55,782 nucleotides of DNA from Actinomycetota bacterium (lineage in GTDB: Bacteria > Actinomycetota > Actinomycetes > S36-B12). The notes below the pieces were generated by a model. It searched no databases and had not been told where the DNA came from. It saw only the letters and a list, made by a program, of their open reading frames with translations. The stretch spans positions 1 to 55,782 of the forward strand of contig CANFTO010000003.1 in NCBI GenBank assembly GCA_947449945.1. The letters run 5' to 3'. Shown here piece by piece: positions 52,349 to 55,782 of the stretch. Both the position numbers and the translations under genes were made by a program. Numbering within the stretch: the stretch's first letter is position 1; each line of letters opens with the position of its first letter.

Positions 52349-53347
52349 CTAGCGATTTCGTCGGGTGTACACCTCATGTCGAGTTACGCCTTGTGGGTCA
52401 ACATAATCAACGCTCATTTCATTACCTGAGGTGGAATACCGCACGTGATAATTCCCTCCGTTGAGGGTGTAGGTCAGGTCGTATGCGGTTGCACCTGTTT
52501 GAACGAAGTTCGTCACAACTGCACCTCGCAACGGTTCACCGCCATCACGATAAGGATTCGCAGATGGTTGTGGTGACACTTGCCCATCGACTTCAGCTAC
52601 AACTCCCTTGAAACCACCATTGATATATGGATATGTCGATGTTCCGTGATAGTGATACTTCTTCTTTTTGTCGAAGTGACCATTGAACTCATCTAATCCC
52701 ACGACTGCGCTGCCGTCAGGTTCCGTTGATCCGTAGATGGGAAAACCGTCGAGGGCATAAGCAATTGGGGCTGTTCGCCCAACAATGCTTTGCAGGTGCA
52801 GTGGTGCAACGTGATAGTGGTAATCATCGGCTCTACCGCAGTGTCCGCCCCAGTTATCGAGTTCACCTGAAAGGTAGGCATCATCGCCTCGGTTATTGAG
52901 CGCATTGAAAATTGGAACACCATTGACTGCGAGTGCAATTGCACCCCGCAAGAAATGCCCTTTCGCGGACATCGGCGCCTTGCTCAAGACCGGTGTTGCC
53001 GGTATCGACCATGCCTTCGTGCCTAGGTAATCCTGTGCGTTGGGAACCTGTTGCTGCCAGCTTTTAATACCAACCATCATGTTGTGGGCCGGCAGCCCGG
53101 AGCTCTCTACCAAGTAATACTTGCCACTGCGTAAGACTTTGACTGAGCCAGAAAAGGCGTCAAAGCCAGGCAATGTTTTCCCACCCGTACTTGCAGCCTG
53201 AGCTGCAGTTGGGCGCGCAAGCATCGAAAGCAAACCCAGCGATGCAGCAGCACCTGCTCCAAGCAAAAGCGATCGCCGATCAAGCTCTGGAAGATGTGAG
53301 ATCTCATGTCCATGGCCACGTCCGTGTTGGTGATGGTGATGTGGCAT
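52349..53347 (-). CDS. Tat-exported YHYH-domain protein with a His-rich N-terminus
   Basis: MPHHHHQHGRGHGH..DRRSLL Tat motif..AQA; ALAVNGVPIF, LDNWGGH, YHYH twice, YALDGFPIYG, YPY. Confidence 0.85.
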   Translation of the reverse strand: MPHHHHQHGRGHGHEISHLPELDRRSLLLGAGAAASLGLLSMLARPTAAQAASTGGKTLPGFDAFSGSVKVLRSGKYYLVESSGLPAHNMMVGIKSWQQQVPNAQDYLGTKAWSIPATPVLSKAPMSAKGHFLRGAIALAVNGVPIFNALNNRGDDAYLSGELDNWGGHCGRADDYHYHVAPLHLQSIVGRTAPIAYALDGFPIYGSTEPDGSAVVGLDEFNGHFDKKKKYHYHGTSTYPYINGGFKGVVAEVDGQVSPQPSANPYRDGGEPLRGAVVTNFVQTGATAYDLTYTLNGGNYHVRYSTSGNEMSVDYVDPQGVTRHEVYTRRNR

Positions 53348-53394
53348 GAGCATTCCTCCCATTGAAGTCGTGGGGAAAACGTTGCAGTGAACCT

Positions 53395-53411
53395 TGTGAA
53401 GACTATGTGAA
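53395..53411 (-). promoter_or_regulatory. OmpR/PhoP-type direct repeat
   Basis: Minus strand TCACAT-agtct-TCACAA (11-bp period). Confidence 0.55.
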
Positions 53412-53482
53412 TTCAGCAAGCGTTTGGTAAGAATGCGTGATTATGGCTAGTCGCAGGTGAATTTCGAACCTAATGTGCACTC

Positions 53483-54178
53483 ATGAAAATAATTCTGGCT
53501 TCGCTCACGGCAATAGTCGTAGCCAGTGGCGCGCTCGACGTGAGTGCGCAAACTTCATCTGCCTCGCCCACTATCAGTCCAACAGCCAAGTCAAAGCAAG
53601 TTGAATTCGTCGCTGACGTTTGGGCTGACAATTGGTTTGCGTTGTACGCAAATGGCAAGCTCGTGGGGCAAGACTCGGTGCCGATCAGTACTGAGCGTTC
53701 ATTTAATGCCGAAACCATCAAGTTCACTGCTGCCTATCCACTTACCATCGGCATCGTTGCAAAAGACTTCACTCAGGATGCGTCAGGTCTGGAATACATC
53801 GGCACTTCACGCCAACAAATTGGCGATGGAGGAATCATTGCGCAGATAAAAGAAGTGAAGTCAGGAAAATTCGTGACCGCTACATCTAAATCATGGAAAT
53901 CACTTGCGACCAACACCGCACCCCTGAATCCAAGTTGCGTGACCTCGTCTAAACCCAACCTTGATTGCCAAAGTTCCAGCATTAACTTGCCAGCAAATTG
54001 GAATCTCTCGGCATTTAACGACGCGCAATGGGTCAATGCAACTCAGTACTCTCCAAGCGAAGTGGGAGTAAAAGAGGGTTACCTAACGATCAGTTGGAAT
54101 CCTGCGGCCGCATTGGTCTGGAGTTCAGATTTGAAACTCGATAACACGGTGTTGCTTCGCACCAAGGTAGCCAAATGA
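53483..54178 (+). CDS. Secreted hypothetical protein
   Basis: Signal peptide; VWADNWFALYANG, IGDGG, FNDAQW, VWSSDLKLDN; TAATGT -10 6 nt upstream. Confidence 0.75.
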   Translation: MKIILASLTAIVVASGALDVSAQTSSASPTISPTAKSKQVEFVADVWADNWFALYANGKLVGQDSVPISTERSFNAETIKFTAAYPLTIGIVAKDFTQDASGLEYIGTSRQQIGDGGIIAQIKEVKSGKFVTATSKSWKSLATNTAPLNPSCVTSSKPNLDCQSSSINLPANWNLSAFNDAQWVNATQYSPSEVGVKEGYLTISWNPAAALVWSSDLKLDNTVLLRTKVAK

Positions 54179-54753
54179 AGCGCGCACTCACAAAGATCTC
54201 TACTACTGGTGTGCTGTGTTTTGCCGTACTGACAACGACTCCGTTAAACAATGCCATTGCCGCGAAAATCTCACCTATGACGTTCACCGTTGCTGTACCC
54301 GGAATCGGATCCAGCAATCTACTTCCGCGTGCAAATACTTGTGACGGAGCATCAGCCTCACCTGCTCTTACGTTCACGGGAGTTCCTAAGAGCGCGAAAA
54401 GTATCACCGTGATCATGCATGGCATTCCTGGTCCAGCCCGTCCGGGAGAAACTGAACCAAGTACGCACGTGTATTGGACTCTTTACAACCTGCCAGTAAC
54501 AACGAAAGTCATCAACCAAGGCTCCACTGGCGGTGGCTTAATCGGTCACAATTTCAAAGACAACAATCTGGCTTACACCCCACCTTGTTCTCAAGGGCCA
54601 GGATTGAAGCAATACACAATCACCGCCTACGCGCTGAAGTCAGCGATCTCGTTAACTCCTTCAGCAGCAACCCGAGACTCCCTGTTGAATGCAATGGCTC
54701 CAATAACTCTCGCAACATCTACTCTTAACCTCAATTACGAAAGGGCCAGTTGA
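54175..54753 (+). CDS. Secreted YbhB/YbcL (PEBP/RKIP-like) protein
   Basis: TCDGASASPAL, VPKSAKS, HVYWTLYNLP, YTPPC, YTITAYAL. Confidence 0.85.
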   Translation: MKRALTKISTTGVLCFAVLTTTPLNNAIAAKISPMTFTVAVPGIGSSNLLPRANTCDGASASPALTFTGVPKSAKSITVIMHGIPGPARPGETEPSTHVYWTLYNLPVTTKVINQGSTGGGLIGHNFKDNNLAYTPPCSQGPGLKQYTITAYALKSAISLTPSAATRDSLLNAMAPITLATSTLNLNYERAS

Positions 54754-55715
54754 TGAAATTTGTGACTCGCAAAGCAATCGCGAAGCTTGGCTTAGCCACT
54801 CTCGCAACAGGCGCCATCGCCTTCACCGTGTTCGGGGTCCCTTCATCAACAAGCGCTGCCCCATCTGGTTGCCCGGCAGGGAACTTCCCTGATCTGTCAA
54901 CTTCCGTTGGTGCAGGTTCGGGATATGACAAACCTGCAATTTCAGCTTCATGCGCAAACAACATGCTGACGGTGAAATCCAACGGCATGATTAGTTATCC
55001 ATTCACGCCAAAAACCCCAAACTCATTGAAGACTCAGAACTGGACATGGACCATTCCGATCAGTCCAGCAATCGCGAAATCAACAACAGCAATCAACACC
55101 AAGATGGGCACCATCGGATTTACCGTGACGGGCATACCCATGTATGGACCAATGGAAGGGCCAATGCCTGCAGCTGAGGCGTACGGCGACCCGATCTATA
55201 ACGCAATCCTTGATTCATGCGGCGGTCACACTGGCCCATCGAGCGAATATCACGATCACTACTTAGGCCTTGATGCGCAATGCAATCTCTCGCAACGAAA
55301 AGTGCTGGGCTACGCCCTTGACGGGTTCCCTATCTATAACGCCCAAGGGTGCCTGAATGCGGCCTGCACGAAAACGGCAACATTTAAATCAGGTTACGTG
55401 AAAACGAAGGATCCAAAAACCGATGCCTGGGGTTCCTATACGTATAAGAGTGGGCAAAAGGGCAATGTCCTTGATGCGTGCAACGGCCGCAAAGAGCCTG
55501 ACGGTACTTACGGATATCACGCAACCACGACGTTCCCGTACATCATCGGCTGTTACAAAGGAACACCTGTGACGCAAAGTGGTGCTGCTGCTGGACCAAT
55601 GCCTGCGATGGGTGGCGGTAACGGACCAAGTAACAGTGGCCCGGGAGCCGGCGGACCAGGAGCTGGGGCACCCGGTGCTCCAGGTGCACGACCTAATCAA
55701 CCTCCTGCTGCCTAG
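54753..55715 (+). CDS. Secreted YHYH-domain protein with a Gly/Pro-rich tail
   Basis: IGFTVTGIPMY, LDSCGGH, YHDH, GYALDGFPIY, LDACNG, YGYH, FPYIIGCYKG. Confidence 0.85.
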   Translation: MKFVTRKAIAKLGLATLATGAIAFTVFGVPSSTSAAPSGCPAGNFPDLSTSVGAGSGYDKPAISASCANNMLTVKSNGMISYPFTPKTPNSLKTQNWTWTIPISPAIAKSTTAINTKMGTIGFTVTGIPMYGPMEGPMPAAEAYGDPIYNAILDSCGGHTGPSSEYHDHYLGLDAQCNLSQRKVLGYALDGFPIYNAQGCLNAACTKTATFKSGYVKTKDPKTDAWGSYTYKSGQKGNVLDACNGRKEPDGTYGYHATTTFPYIIGCYKGTPVTQSGAAAGPMPAMGGGNGPSNSGPGAGGPGAGAPGAPGARPNQPPAA

Positions 55716-55782
55716 CCAATGCGCTGGGGCCAGCCAGTGTTCGCATCAACTGACCCCCACACGTTGACGTTTACTTCTTTGG

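Overview
A moderately GC-rich actinobacterial chromosome segment. The compact spacing and gene losses suggest a streamlined, possibly aquatic lineage (inference). Most of it is the conserved actinobacterial core run: topA, hppA, STAS protein, DEAH helicase, Tad/Flp pilus-ssd, HAD hydrolase, acs, nhaA, marP, nth, crp, an ArsA pair, whiB4, asd-ask, recR-dnaX, SRP RNA and two tRNA-Ser. After that come an IdeR-boxed FTR1 iron permease, a dba/dsbI-like pair, an ATP-grasp/alpha-E/transglutaminase operon, a CsoR/RicR repressor, amtB-glnK and an accessory block with a PhoP-like two-component system and YHYH/PEBP secreted proteins. The strongest unannotated signal is in the ask-recR gap (about 30074-30495). 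It holds a 40-aa ORF missed by the ORF track, whose AGGAGG RBS can be sequestered by both 5' and 3' anti-SD segments, plus a near-consensus antisense promoter and hairpins, which is the layout of a type I toxin-antitoxin locus. That locus shares a paired TCCACA motif (28-29 bp spacing) with two Tad pilus promoters. The second signal is a shared TCACA-repeat promoter architecture linking the two-component system to a Tat-exported YHYH protein and a secreted repeat protein. All calls come from reading the sequence; no searches were run.
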